Below are positions 1 to 12,116 of a stretch of DNA of 64,000 nt, piece after piece. The notes beneath the pieces were generated by a model. It was not told the DNA's origin. It worked only from the letters and a program-made list of their open reading frames with translations, and did no database searches. A program made the position numbers and the translations under genes. This DNA comes from Lytechinus pictus. Its lineage: Eukaryota. The stretch spans positions 14,324,001-14,388,000 of the forward strand of contig NC_087252.1 of the NCBI RefSeq assembly GCF_037042905.1, in the 5' to 3' direction. The number at the start of each line of letters is the position of its first letter. Positions within the stretch are counted from its first letter, which is position 1.

Positions 1-2921
1 ATTGATATATGAATTTATCTGGATGTGGGACGAAAGTGACTGCATGTGCTAAACTTGTTTTATCACTGAAGATATAAAATAGAGTTTACATCTTTTTTTT
101 ACTAAACTGGACTAGATGAGTAAATATAATTTACAGCTTATGTTCTTTTCTCTTTTTTACCATGCAGGTTTCCCACTTCCTAAGCTGTTTAAGTACTGGT
201 ATCACAACATAAGTGCCAAGAAGAGATATGAAACGGTCTCAACATTTTTGCTGGTGCCCCCCCCCCCGATGCCGTGACCCACAGTACGCCACTTCAAGTC
301 TTCATAAATTATGTAGGGTTATTAAGTTGCATTTATTGTTATCTTCATTTAAAAAAAATGTGAAATGGGCTACCACTGCAATAATATATAAATAGACTAT
401 ATTTAAAAAATAGATTGAATTCTAACCACAGTGACAGTAGACAAATCAAATTTTGTTAATGATTCGCTAATGTATTGATTGGGGAAGGCACTCTTTAGGA
501 TTCTGGCATTGTGTCCCACCCCCCCCCCTTATGAGGAGTGCTCTCACATCAGTAGACTATTTCTTGTCAGCAAATTTGAAAGGAATTTACCAATTTTTTT
601 GAGTGACAAACTTTTGTGGAAGAAAATAAACGAATATCAAAGGTTTTTATGCTCTTTTATGGAATATTAACTATAGGCTCATCGAGATCCTTTGAATGAA
701 ATTTTAACAAACATTGTACAATGTAGAAAAATGTACTTAATCCCATTTTTGTACATTTATATACCCACCCCATACTACCCCTACCCAGTAACAGCCCTTT
801 TTAGCTATGCATTGCCTTCATTTTTTTAAATACAATTTAATGCTTGGTTGATGCTAATTATTATTTTTATGTTAATGTCAATGTTTTAGAAATTTGATCT
901 TGGTAAGTTTCATTTATCAATTAATTGTGATGATATATTGCTTCTGAGCTGTTATACACAAATGGCAAAAGATGTTGCACTGTACTGAAATGTGATGATG
1001 CCACTGTTACATGAGATCAAACAGCAGTCAATTAAAATATTATTCAAGAAAAATAAGGATAAGAGTGGGAAAGAAAGTAAAATGACAGGAGAATTATTTG
1101 CTTGTATGCATATAGTTATGTCAGTTTCTGAGAGAGAGACAGACAGAAAGAGAGAGAGATGGGGGGGGGGGGGTAAAGTTCAGTTTGTTTTGAAAGAAGC
1201 AATTATAAGACCTTACTGTTCATGACGGGTAACGGGGGGGGGGGCTAATTATTTCTCCAAATTTTTTAAACCTACATATAAAATGTATTTTTTCTTTCCA
1301 AATGAAAATTACACCAGATTCATTTTCAGTTGAAAATAAAAAAGAAATAGCCTACGATCGGTTTGCTCTCTTGCCTATTTAATTTTGAGAACCCCCTCCC
1401 CCCTAAAATATGGTATATACCTAGGTCATGATTATTGATGTTTGACATAGAAGTCGCCATTTAAAATTAAGTGCTCCGAGGACTGCTATTCATAATAGGA
1501 CTTATATTGGAGACTACAATTATGGAAAAGAATTTGATTTGTTATTATCTTTGTTTATATTATGAAAAGAGGTTCATTTCGTTTTCTGCAATAAAAAGAA
1601 AAAAGGGCTCCAGAAACCTAAAGAGATGTCATCGTATATGGCAACATTTTCTTTGGGAACCTTCTCTGTAATATTTTTTAGCAAAGATCCTGGCCATTTG
1701 CAGCTAAAACAAAGCAAAGATGCAGTAATAATCGTAACAAGCAATAACAAATAGATCATTAAAATAGATGAATAATAAAACTCTGAGGAGGAAAAAAACG
1801 AATGATCTGACATTATGTAATCACTGACAGACACCATAAACGATATTAATCAGGTCGCGCATTATGCTAATTAGTGACAAAATACTAATTTACATATTTT
1901 TACGCTATGCGCGAAGGACGTTCCGTGACCACGCCTTCATTTCGCTGGTGTACCAAAACAGTGGCGGTGCCCATAGGCTTGGATACGAAAAATGGGAGCA
2001 GTGTGCACTTTTGACCCTCCAAAATTTTCTTCAATTCTGACCGGATGCAGAAGCGGAGTTTCACCCCCCTGACGTGGTCTATGTATTGCATGTGTAAAGT
2101 CTGTGTTCGTTGCGTATCTTCTTTTACTAGAATCGCGCAAATACGCGTGTGCGCAGACAATTACAAGGGGGACTGCGCAGACTTGGGGGAACTTGCCATA
2201 AATGATTTTTACTCTCTAGAAGCCGCCTGGCTAGCCGCCCGGCTAACCGCAGCCACTCGCTCAAATTTAACGCTCGAATTTTCGAAGAAATACTGAATCA
2301 ATACCTAATATGAAACCATACAATTTTACGACTTTTAAAGAGATGATTTGAAATGATATACAAAATGAATACAGTAATTACCCACGATTTTTTAATGTAC
2401 TTTTCCAGACCCCACTGCAAGAGTTTATCGGCCACAAACTCCATTTTGTCCTGTGTGAAGAAAATTGCACACGTGCATGCGTTTTTGTTCTTCGTACAGC
2501 GAGCGTCGCCTCTTAGCCAATCACATTTAATTTCTAGAAGTTATATAGAAAATGAAGAATATTACCTTCAGACGATATCCCTAGAAAATTGCTTCAAGAA
2601 ATGTCATTATAAAGAGGAAATGGACAAAAATTTGTCAAGAAAAATCACGAAAAAGGAGATCGCATCATGAATATTCATATCATGGCCCAGAAGGAAAAAC
2701 CAGTAAGACCAGTAAATTTTTTTACTGGTTTCCAGTAGAATTTTACTGGTTTCCAGTATATTTTTACTGGGCCAGTTCATTTTTAACTGGACCAGTAAAA
2801 ATCAACTGGAGACCAGTTCCAACAATTGCATTCCAGTTGAAGCAATTAATAATACCAGTTAAATTTTTTTTCATCAAACTGGTGTTTCTGGTCCAATAAA
2901 TGGTTTCCAGTAGATTTTTAC

Positions 2922-4103
2922 CAACGAACGTAGAGGGCAGCAACACACAAGCGTGTTGCTCTAAGGAAGGTCAACTCGATACGCGCATGCAGCTGAGGTA
3001 CGCGCATATTTTATCATTTATGCCAACGAAATCATACGCCGATCCAATACAACAACAAATTAGTAGCGATCACGAAAACAATATGAAAGAATATGACTAC
3101 AACGATATCAAAGATAACATTAAAAAATTATGTTGGAGAATATACATACATTTAAAAACATACGTTGATATTTAAAACTTTACAAATATAAGTTTTAGAA
3201 ACTAAATCATTACCAAATCGGTGATTGTTGTTATCAGCGATTTCACCAGACGGCTGTATTAGGTGATTTGCGTCGAGACGATTTTGTGACCACTCGCAAA
3301 GCATTTCGGGATTGAATATGACCACCTTATTTTCTCTGAGCTCTTCGCTGAACCCATCATCACAGTGCAGCTGCAGCGCAGCGCGCAGCCAATGCAATGC
3401 ATCCGATGCATGGGGTTTTTTCGCCGTCCATAGTCTCGGACTCGAAGTTGAAATTTAGACCCGGATTTCGGGGAAACAGCGCCTTTATTTCAGATTTATA
3501 GATTTAAAAGTCGAATGAAATTAAAAATTTGAAATCTAACCTTGAACAACCATCGTTGATAAACATCAGCCCTGAAGCAATTGCACTTCAAATCAGACTA
3601 GGCTAATTGGACGTCATTGTCTATGTTGCTAGAAGGTCTATGACGAGTCGCCTGAAGCCCCAGCGCATCATCAACGTCACTAGCTAGCTGCGCGACCGGC
3701 CCAGACTCGGCGCACCCAGGCCAGAAAAATGACCTCGATTATTACGGTGGTTGTCTATGCATTTATTAGTGGTGCAGCGAAATTCAGCAGAAGAAAATAA
3801 GAGATATGAGGTATCCTCGTCATAGACTTAATATTCCAAAATGAGGAAAAATGTCCAAATCATGATTATTTAAGCTAAATATTTTCTTTAAAAATAAAAG
3901 TAATATCTTTAATATTTATACCCAGAATAACCGATCTAATAATTGTTCATTAAAAAATATTTAAAATTAACAAATGAAAAAAAAATCAACTCGACAAATT
4001 TCCCAAAACCCCACCTTATTTTTTAGAGTGGTCACAAAATTCGAGCGGAGTTGACCTTCCTTAGAGCAACACGCTTGTGTGTTGCTGCCCTCTACGTTCG
4101 TTG
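2922..4103. mobile_element. MITE copy 1 (~56-bp TIR starting CAACGAACGTAGAGGGCAGC, 8-bp TSD; P- or hAT-like, unclassified)
   Basis: Long TIRs at both ends. TSD ATTTTTAC at 2914-2921 and 4104-4111. A second copy lies inverted at 19059-20231. Confidence 0.9.
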
Positions 4104-4160
4104 ATTTTTACTGGAAGTCTGCGCAGTCCCCCTTGTCTGCGCACACGCGTATTTGCGCGA

Positions 4161-4380
4161 TTCACAAAAGAAGTTTAAACCCCCCCTGGGTTTAAACCCC
4201 CTCCTGGTTTTTTGAAACCATGGTTTAAACCCAGGGGGGGTTTAAACCCCCTCTCTGATTCACAAACGATGGTTTTTTTAAACCATGGTTTAAACCACAG
4301 TCTAAATTTAAACTGTGGTCTAAATTTAGACTGTGGTTTAAACCATGGTTTAAATTTAGACCATGGTTTAAACCATGGGT
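4161..4380. repeat. Left subterminal array of palindromic GGTTTAAACC/AAACCATGGTTT motifs
   Basis: Directly visible repeats, mirrored by a shorter array at 18845-19000. Harbinger Myb-like proteins are known to bind subterminal repeats; binding here is inferred. Confidence 0.85.
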
Positions 4381-4431
4381 TTTTCCTACTGAGCATGCTC
4401 AGTAGGTCAGATGCTGTCTGCTACATCCAAA

Positions 4432-7400
4432 ATGGAGGAGGCTAACTTTAGGTGTGTTGGAGCTGGAAGGGAGAGAGCAAAGGGAAACTGGCAGACAGCT
4501 GAAAGAAACCTCCTCCTCCAACTAATCACAGAGCGAAGGGAAGTTCTTCTATGTAGGAAGACTGATTATAATAGTAATTTGAAAAAAACAGCAGCATGGG
4601 ATGATTTGGCCAATAAATTCCACTCCAAATATGGAAATAAATGGAGCACAAATCAAATTAAGGACCAGTGGAAAAGAATGAGGCTCAATGCCAAGAAAGA
4701 ACATTCCAATTTCAGTAAGGAATCAAGAAAGACTGGCGGAGGTCCACCTCCACCTGAGCCCAGTCACTTCAGCATGATTGTGAAGGAGCTATGCCCAATG
4801 GATTTTCAGCAATTCAGAAATCCATTTGACGATGACAACGAAATCGCAGCCGAATACTTGGCATTTGGATCGCTCAGTTCCATGGCAACAGGTCGTGCCA
4901 CTGAGTAAGTCCATTTTATGGTTAAAATCAACATTTTCTAGGAATACATGTATAATCAGCTCAAACAAAATGAATATTTTATAAATATGAAATGCTATTT
5001 GTAATTTTCAAACGACAAGATTGGGTAAAATTAAACTTCAAACTTTGGGCAAATCACGATCGTCTGCTCATCCTCACTCGTCCGAGTTCAGTCCCATCCA
5101 TTGCAATCCATGTTATGAATTTTAACACCAACGCTAGCGAACGAGCTGGCCGCCCGGAACTTGGGGATGCCACCGACTCAGCTTGTCGAACGTAGACGAT
5201 CACCGCCAAATGAGGGTTTTTAGTCCCGGGTTCGGTAATCTAATCAATTGGCAAATTTCCTTACAATATCATAGAATTTCATTTTAGTTGCTAGTATGAA
5301 GAATATTCTCAATTAACTACTTACATTGGCAGTGTAGAATGTCGCTCTTGTAAAATATGAAGCCTACATTATTTAAAGTAAATTAGCAGCCAGTCGGCCA
5401 AAGCCAAGGCAAAGTTTTAAATCCAAGTTCAACAATTAATTTGCATACATATCCATTGCGCAGAATCCAAACGTTGTGTTCGGATCAGAGCGTCATGTTT
5501 GTTATAAACTTGAAGTAAAATGAGAAAATCAAAAGTAGATATGAACTTATCACGAAAGCCTATTATAATGTCCATCAAAATTAAGAGAGAGAACGAGAGA
5601 GAGAGTAAAAATAACCAAAAAGGAAAAAACACTACCTAAGTCTTAATGAAAGTTATTAACGTCAATTCAACTCCATGGCATTACTGAAAATAAATCAGGA
5701 GGAACGTCTGAACATTACCCATTGTTGAGAGGCTGAAGTGATGAAAGGTAATATGAATCATCAATAATTTCCTGGGGGGGGGGGGGGGATCAACGTTGGT
5801 AAACGGTGACCGAGTAAAAGTGATTTCATATCCTTAGCTGATTATGATTCAAGTGTGTACTTTTAAAACGAATTTATTATAAGTGTTTAAATGCTCACTC
5901 TTTTTAATTCCCCCTAAAACAGCTTCATGAATTTTATTCCATGGAAGGAAAAAAAGAGATCAATTATTTGAATTTATTCCCAGTAGCTTATGTAGACTTT
6001 TGGGGGGGGGGGGATTTTGAAATGTTTAATTTTCAAAGGAAAATAGGGTACATCCTGTGGGTGAAATTGAACCCCTGAAATGGAAGGACCCCAAAAAATA
6101 TTTGAAAGGATTTTTTTCCCAGCTCGAACATAAAAAAAATTGGCGAGGGGGGTGGACTTTGAAATATTTAGTTTTCAAAGGAAATGGGGTACGTCCTGTG
6201 AGGAAATTGAACCCCCTGAATTTTGCGGAAGGACCCAACAAAATATTACAAAGAAGGATGATTTTTTCCCAGCTCGAGTATAAAAAAAAATTGCGAGGGG
6301 GGGTGGTCTTTGGGGGATTTTGAAATGTTTAATTTTCAAAGGAAAATGGGGTATGTCCTGTGGGTGAAATTGAACCCCCTGAAATTTTGCGGAAGGACCC
6401 CAAAAATATTACAAAGAAGGATTTTGTCCCAGCTCGAAAATAAAAAAAAAATTGCATAGGGCTACAGGCCTGGATGTATTTAATTAATATTTTAGATATA
6501 TATAAATATTGATACAATTTTGAAATGTGTAGGTGTTCCATTGGTTAATTGCATTCAATGCGATCACAAATATACGCAGAAATTAATCCCGGTGACAAGA
6601 CACTGTTACATACAATTTTTCGTAAAAAACTACTTGTATGCAAGGGAGCGTATCGAGCAAGCTTTTGCATTTTCGAAAGCAAGGATTTTGTGCAAATTTT
6701 TATTGAATTTTGTCAAAATTCTTAGTAAAACTTTACCCCGTTTTCAAAAGGGAGGGGGTGACTGTCCCCGCTGCATATGGCCATGATTGCGATTTAAGTG
6801 GATTTTTTTGCAAGAGATAGTCATTTAAATTCTCATATTCACGCATAAAAAAACGTTAGATACCAATTATCAGTGGTCCAATATTTGATTTTGGAGATTA
6901 TCTACTAATATTTTTATGCTTTGACAATCCTAAAAAAATTAAAAGGCCACCCCCCATCTCAAATGAAAAAAGTATATTAATAAAGGTTATTAAAAGCATG
7001 AATGAAATGAAATAAATATTTTTAAATGTACAAGTTTTTATCAAGGGCAGCATCAATTTATTTTTATACATTTTAAATTAAAGCGGATCGGCCCTGTGGC
7101 AATGTAGCTACATGTATATGACTTTTGATGGGAAATATCATAAAAAAATAATAATGCAATGGATACTAACGTATATCTTTCTTTTTCCCCCATAAATAGT
7201 ATCGAGGATCAATTCCAAAGACCTCAGTTGGATTCTGACACTGTGGAGCACACCAGGTAATTTTATCTTTATATTTTTCTTTAAAATCTTTGAAGGGCAC
7301 ATGAAAAAAAGGGAACTCACCAAGAAGAGGTGTATTTGTCAATACCAGTACTATTTTTGTACACCACTCCTAAAAAGAATTGAAAAATTATTGAAATAAA

Positions 7401-9743
7401 TATAACACATACACACTCTCACACAACACTGTACACACTTGCAAATGAAAGAATAATATAATTCATATATACATAAACATAAAATAATAAGTACTAATAA
7501 CAAGTGAACCCAATTTCTTGTTGTATCATTTTTTAGAATCTCTAAATTTATCACTTTTCCAAATGCATTTCATTTATATTGAACGATTAATAGGGAAGGT
7601 GGGAACTGGGAAATCAAAGAAAATGAAATATTTATTCTTACCAAAGTCAGTTTCATGTCAGGTATAAGGTCAAACTTCAAAGTACAATTATAAATATTGT
7701 GAAGAAAATTTGGCAATCTACAATTTTCATTCAGAATTTTTCTCTCAGCTGATGTTTAGAATTTTTTCTCTTTATACTCGGCACAACATCAACACCATCT
7801 AACAAAACATCTTCAACAAGAATATTCCTTGAACAAAGGTATTGAAGCATTCATTTCATGTTTATTCAATGGGAAACTGAAATACATGTGCACATTGATA
7901 ACATTATATTAATATGAATTCTTTTATTTTCTAATTGCAACAGATTGTTGGCAATCCTTGCAAGTAAATTCAATTTCTGAGATGAATTATTCCTTTAATT
8001 TGAAATAAATACATTCATGCATAAATAAATTTTCATGTGACTATTAAAGAAAACATTACATTTCATTGACATTTTCTTTCTCCTAAAATAGAGCAATTTC
8101 ACCATCAGAAGCAGAATCTCATGATTCAACCCTAGACCCAAGTGTTTCTACAATCATCAATATCCCAATTTCAAGGTACGCCTATTTATGAATTCTCAAT
8201 ATTTATCTTTATGTATGAAGATTTAAAAGTAAAAAAAACATGCAAACTTCTCCAACTGAATAGTTGGATCATCAATTTCAATAATTTTGATGCACATACA
8301 TATTTTTTTTAAATCAGGAAATATTTGCATAAATAAATGATACCTACATTATTATTTTGATAGAATGGTGTGCGACAGCTTTTATTTTTAGAGTAAAATT
8401 ACTCTATAATGAAATCTTTTCATTTAAAAAAATTGAAATTAATAGGACACCTTCATCAGGCTCAACTTCTCAAGGAAGTCAGATCGGAAATGGTGTGACG
8501 CAACTCACGCAAGGCCCTCTTTCAAGGTATTTTAAATCACTAACACTGAGATTTCTCAAACTGTTGCTCTGATAAAGAAATGAACAAACATATTACTTTC
8601 ATAGAATTATTTTTTTTCAGCAGGGTCATCACTTTCAATGACCAATTTCATGTACATGTTGCATATAAATTAGTATGTAGAATATAGTAGATTTTAACAA
8701 TATTCAGTGATTCTGATATATGAATTAGGAACACTGACTGTATCTACAGTCATCAATTTACCCATTTCAAGGTATTCATGAATTCTCAATATTTATCTTT
8801 ATGTATGAAAATTTAGAAGTGAAAAAAAACACATGTTAACTGCTCCAACTGAATAGTTGGATCATCATTTTCAATAATATTTATGCAGGTGCACATACAT
8901 ACTTTCTCATGAAATATTTGAATAAATAGCAGATACTTAAATACAATTTTGATAAAACGATGTGCAAGAGCTTTTATTTGCAGAGTCAAATTATTCTATA
9001 ATGAAATATATTTCATTCCAAAACTTAAAATTAATAGGACTTCTTCATCATGCTCAACTTCACAAGGAAGTCAGATCAGATCTGGTGTGACGCAAATCAC
9101 GCAAGGCCCCCTTTCAAGGTATTTTAAATCACTAACACTAAGATTTCTCAAACTGTTGCTCTGATAAAGAAATGAACAAACATATTACTGTCATAGAATT
9201 AACTTTTTTCAGCAGGGTCATCATTTTCAATACACCAATTTCATGTACATATTGCATATAAATTAGTATGTATAATACAGTAGACTTTAACAATATTCTT
9301 CCAGTTCAACATATGATTCTGAAATATTAAGTCAAATAAAATTCATTCAAGTTCATATATACATTTCATGTATATACATGTACACATATATACATACATT
9401 TCATTCCTTTTACAGCCAAAGATGATGTTTTTCTTTTAGTAAACAAGAGGTACATTTCTTAATATGCATTTTGATGTTCTCTCCTAGTCATGAAGAAAGA
9501 ACTCCAAAGCCGCAGTCTCGCGGATTAAAGAGGGGATGTACAAGTAATTCCCACCACAACACCGGGCCCAAAACGTCAACCCGCTCAAGTGAAGAAAGAC
9601 TTGTTGAATTGGCGGAAGAAGAACACCAAATACGCCTTGAATACATGAGAATCGAGCATGAATTTAACATGGAAATCCTCAAAGTCAAGAAGAAAACAGA
9701 AGAAGCTAAGCTCAAGGCAGCTCTTTCTTCCTGTGAGGATTAA
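4432..9743 (+). CDS. Harbinger Myb/SANT-like (trihelix) DNA-binding protein, spliced, ~343 aa
   Basis: Exon 1 4432-4904 (NWQTAERNLLLQLI...AWDDLA...QIKDQWKRM...RKTGGGPPPP). Predicted GT-AG exons 7200-7256, 8092-8175, 8446-8526, 9038-9118 and 9488-9743 join in one open frame, all introns phase 2. Ends in a coiled-coil-like segment (EEEHQIRLEYMRIEHEFNMEILK). Confidence 0.85.
6002..6460. repeat. ~150-bp tandem repeat, about 3 copies, in Myb intron 1
   Basis: Unit TTTTCAAAGGAAA.TGGGGTA..TCCTGTG.G.GAAATTGAACCCC... recurs near 6030, 6173 and 6333. Confidence 0.8.
8140..9298 (+). repeat. ~592-bp tandem duplication carrying a duplicated 81-nt Myb exon
   Basis: Exons 8446-8526 and 9038-9118 and their flanking introns are near-identical (ORFs 8357..8572 and 8949..9164 are paralogous). 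Confidence 0.9.
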
Positions 9744-10420
9744 ATCCTCCTTACTGCCTTATTTCATCTCTGATTTTGATGAACTTTGAAGTGTTTTCAT
9801 TCGTTTATGTTTCTTCATATTTCTTCAGAACATTTAGTTTACTAGGTGGACTTGTCCCTTACATTGGCATTAATTACAAATTCCATATATCCTTCTTATT
9901 TCACTTTGATGTTGGTACATTTAATTACTTCAGATCTCAACCTGTAAGAGGTAGTTCTGCCCTTTGACACGAATGGCAGTAACTGTAACAGTATCTTTTA
10001 ATGCTCCTTATCTTGTCTTTTAGAAAGTTCAAGTATTTTAGATACAAGTTCTTTCATCATAATTTTCATTAACAAAAATTCTTTATCAGAGAGCATGTTC
10101 CAATCACCCATGCCATCTCTTGTAAAAAGACATATATTTTTATGAGTACATATATATATATATAAATATATTTATTAGACCACCAATGTCAATAAAGTTG
10201 AAGAAATATCTATTATGCAGAAGATAAACGTCAATAAAGTGGAATTCAGACACTGTTAATGATCTTGTTGCTCTCAATTTATTTCTTTGCCATTGTGTCT
10301 ATGTACCTTCTGCACATGAACGTTCAATAATTTTATATTTCCTAACTCCTAAGACTAGACTAAAAGTTCCATATCACAGGAGAAAAATGCAAGAACTGAT
10401 GGCTTCCACAATTATTATTA

Positions 10421-11530
10421 CTTTGAATTGTACGATGAAGAAGTGACAGTAAATTACATCATCAACATGCTTGAAGATATTTTTGAGAGGAACACACAAA
10501 AAATATACTACAGGTAATGACAGCTCTACGATTGACACTATGATGAGGCATCAATATCACAGCTATAAGAGTAATCAAAAACGGTAGAAAACTAATGCAA
10601 GGAGGATGAAACAATCCTGACGTTTCAAACATTGAAAGAAGAAATTAATACAGGTCAACAGACAATTTTACAAGTACTGCAGCTAACCAGGCATACAAGG
10701 TGCATTGATGAGGTATGTGTACATACAGAATCATGGTAGGAATAGCCAAATAACTTCTTGACAAGAACAACAGGATACCGCTCTTTGTGTAGGATGTTTG
10801 TTTCCCAGTGTAGCATACAACTGTATTTGCATTCTGAATTACATTCCAAATAGGAAAATGTCAAAACTAGAATGCCCTCCATATTAATCAAAATATATTC
10901 ATTATTCTGATTATGTATTATATATTCTTTTCCAGCTTTCACTTTTTTTATTCCTTGTCTTGTGAACTAGCCATTATATAATAAATATACAAATTACCCA
11001 TCATGCAGAGGGGGAAAAAATCAATATTTTTGCAGGGCTACTTTGGGGACAAGCCAGAATGTTAACTTTTGTATTACATGTACAGTTAACAATGGACCCT
11101 ATGATATTTTTCGGGGGCTTTTCTTGTTTAGTTTAACAGTGCTTTTTTTGCAGTTAATTAAGGGGCATATTCATCCGTAGCCCTTGTGTATTCTTTTCCC
11201 TGCTTGCATCCTGATATTCTGTAATCCAAGCAGTTAAATTTCTCACCCATAAACATAGATTATTAGTTATCAAGGAAAAGGGGATGGGCATATAACCTTT
11301 TAAATATATTAATGCTTCTGGTAATAACTTTTCATGATGGAGGCACCCTCCCCCCTCAAACAAAGGCCCAAACTTTCGGAATGTAATTCAGATGTAAATG
11401 TAGCTGCATGAAAACCTTGCTTGCTGGAAAAATAACAAGTACCTTGGCAGCTTCATGATTTCCAAATATCCTCTGCAGCTACTGAATGAACGGTTGGAGG
11501 CAGAGCAGATAGTCCCGAGTGGCTACTTTA
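10421..11530 (-). other. Degenerate, intron-less inverted copy of the transposase CDS in the presumptive transposase 3' UTR (blocks 10421-10790 and 11420-11530)
   Basis: 10422-10443 is the exact reverse complement of 15183-15204, with colinear matches continuing through the next exon. 11420-11441 matches 13181-13202 at 21/22 and continues through that exon. Minus-strand AATAAA at 10278-10283. Confidence 0.85.
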
Positions 11531-12116
11531 CTTTAATGTAAGGCATGTCTGTGATATTTTCTTTGTGTTAATTCTGATGACAAAAAAAAAAAAAAGAATT
11601 TGCACAAATGTGGGAGTGTTTTAATGTACCAAATTAAGCAATATTTAATAAGGAAAAAGCCTGAAATTTGCACTATAGAATTCAGGATAGTTAAGTTTCA
11701 GATTTCAAACATTTTCGTTCGGATCAAATTCACTGCCCTTCCCATGATAAGTCGAACGCCTCTGGCAGTCTCGCCTGCATTACGCGAATCAATATAGCAG
11801 CAGTGATGACTTAGAAAACTATTAAATATACTCACAAAAGAAAACATGATCATTGACCCAAAATGACCTTTTTTTTACCTTGATCATATGACCTAAGACT
11901 TGTGCATAACAATAAGTGATCTTTGATTCCTCTCATGTCTGTTTCATGAACTACATCCAAAAACTTTCATAGTTATGACATTACCAAAAATTAACCTCGG
12001 TTAAGATTTCATTGTTGACGCCGCCGTTGTCAGAAAAGCAGCGCTTTTAGTCCCGCTGTGCTACGCAGGTGAGACAAAAATTACCTTCTATATGTATATA
12101 CATACACAGACATGCC

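Noticed and set aside
1..2680. Short ORFs as host genes
   Set aside because: No domains or consistent splice structure; AT-rich DNA with repeat fragments.
4175..4445. ORFs with KPWF/GLNH repeats
   Set aside because: Translations of the Harbinger subterminal palindromic array.
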